Made by a program: the position numbers and the translations under genes. Below, piece after piece: positions 63,044 to 64,000 of a stretch of 64,000 nt of DNA (position 1 is its first letter; every line of letters starts with the position of its first letter). Under the pieces are notes generated by a model, which saw only the letters and a program-made list of their open reading frames with translations, did not search any database and was not told the origin of the DNA. Where the stretch lies: positions 14,941 through 78,940 of the forward strand of contig DATAUK010000042.1 of NCBI GenBank assembly GCA_036268295.1, written 5' to 3'. This DNA is from Mycobacteriales bacterium (GTDB taxonomy: Bacteria; Actinomycetota; Actinomycetes; JAFAQI01).

Positions 63044-64000
63044 TTACGCCCGAGTGTCCTGGGCCAGTAGCGGCCGCGCGGCCGCCACCACAGCGTCGAG
63101 CTGGATCGTGAGCACTGCGACGTCGTCGCGCAGCCGCTCCGGGCTGAGGTTGGTCAGCAACAGGTCGCACACCGACGCGGCATCAGCGCCGGCTGGGGCC
63201 GCCGCGACCTGCGCCCCGAGCCGCGCCAGAGACGTGGTGAGGGACTCACCCGGCACCTCGATCAGCCCGTCGGTGAACAGCAGCAAGGTCGAGCCGGCCG
63301 ACAACACAACCGCGCCCTGCGGCCGGACGGCGCCGGCCTGGCTCGGCGCGCCGAGCAGGAGCGACGGCGCCGCACTGAGGTCGCGCACCGAACCGTCCGG
63401 GTCGCGCACGAACGGCGGCAGATGCCCGGCGTTGGCGAAGGTCAACGTCCGCCCGCCCGAATCGTCGGGGGCGCTCAGGACGCCGTAGAACACCGTGACG
63501 AGATCGCTGATCCTGAAGTTGGCGATGAAACCGTCGAGTCTGTCCAGCACCTCGTTGGGCGGCGCACCGCTCCACCCGTAGGCGCGCAGCGAGGACTGCA
63601 CCTTGGCCATCGCGGCGGCCGCGGCAACGTCATGACCGACGACATCGCCGATCACGAGCCCGATCCGGCCGTCCGCAAGCTCGAACACGTCGAACCAGTC
63701 GCCGCCGATCTCCTGATGAAGCGCGGCAGGAAGGTAGCGCGCCGCCAGATCGAGTCCCGGCAGCGTGGGGAGCGAGGGCAGCAGGCTTCGCTGCAACGTC
63801 TCCGCAACCCGATGCTCGCTGTCATAAAGCGCCACGGCGCTGCGACGACGACGGCTTTCCACCTCGGTCACGAGCCCCACGAGCAGCGCGAGGCAGATGC
63901 CACCGGCGAGCACGATCCACGGCGCATCCTCGGTCGCCGTCCCCACGAGCGGGCTCGCCGCGGAGGCCTGCAACGTCCAGGTCGCCGCGCCGGCCGGCAG
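63044..64000 (-). CDS. PP2C/SpoIIE-family serine/threonine phosphatase (5'-truncated by the window edge)
   Basis: TLQRSLLP, GGDWFDVF and VIGDVVGHDV motifs, with a TM segment upstream. The frame remains open to position 64000, and the listed start at 63973 is a TTG. Confidence 0.75.
   Translation of the reverse strand: MPAGAATWTLQASAASPLVGTATEDAPWIVLAGGICLALLVGLVTEVESRRRRSAVALYDSEHRVAETLQRSLLPSLPTLPGLDLAARYLPAALHQEIGGDWFDVFELADGRIGLVIGDVVGHDVAAAAAMAKVQSSLRAYGWSGAPPNEVLDRLDGFIANFRISDLVTVFYGVLSAPDDSGGRTLTFANAGHLPPFVRDPDGSVRDLSAAPSLLLGAPSQAGAVRPQGAVVLSAGSTLLLFTDGLIEVPGESLTTSLARLGAQVAAAPAGADAASVCDLLLTNLSPERLRDDVAVLTIQLDAVVAAARPLLAQDTRA

Noticed and set aside
1-64000. Scanned for tRNA/rRNA/tmRNA, CRISPR arrays, IS elements, integrases, toxin-antitoxin pairs and known defence-system hallmarks.
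   Set aside because: I found no T-loop or anticodon-arm patterns, no regularly spaced direct repeats outside the Ig gene, and no transposase or integrase-like ORFs. The nucleases present (AdnAB, RecB-family exonuclease) are in conserved housekeeping contexts.

Overview
This is a visibly high-GC, densely coding chromosomal segment. Mycoredoxin, a mycothiol/DinB-type enzyme, AdnAB, MoeZ and DUF3107/DUF3117 proteins point to Actinomycetota. I support about 60 protein-coding genes on both strands. I recognised no rRNA, tRNA, CRISPR array, transposase or integrase by eye. From memory of M. tuberculosis gene order, 0.1-28.6 kb resembles the Rv3198c-Rv3213c block: uvrD2, mycoredoxin, nudC, adnB/adnA, an ATL protein, moeZ, a TetR regulator, DUF3107, rhlE and a Soj-like ParA. 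The region 37-61 kb resembles the Rv1232c-Rv1177 block: an MgtE-N/CBS protein, DUF1003, mrp, tatB, htrA, an O-methyltransferase, glgC, DUF3117, tag, LOG, dapE, dapD, dapC and fdxA. Lineage-specific genes sit between these blocks. They include several large secreted repeat proteins (FG-GAP-like, beta-helix/FN3, and an Ig-like array with 324-bp tandem units), PaaK/PaaX/PaaG-like genes, an MscL with a zinc-ribbon tail, and an unrecognisable two-gene operon at 19.6-22.3 kb. I found no convincing canonical defence, mobile or biosynthetic system. The most promising unexplained loci are the 213-aa + 636-aa operon (helical protein with a polyacidic tail), the ParA-like ATPase translationally coupled to a small zinc-ribbon protein, and the cytosolic MgtE-N/CBS protein paired with DUF1003. 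Notable departures from conserved actinobacterial architecture are the absence of sigE-rseA upstream of htrA and a UvrD2 without the tetracysteine module. All functional calls come from motif and family recognition by eye, not from database searches. Start codons are often ambiguous in this GC range.
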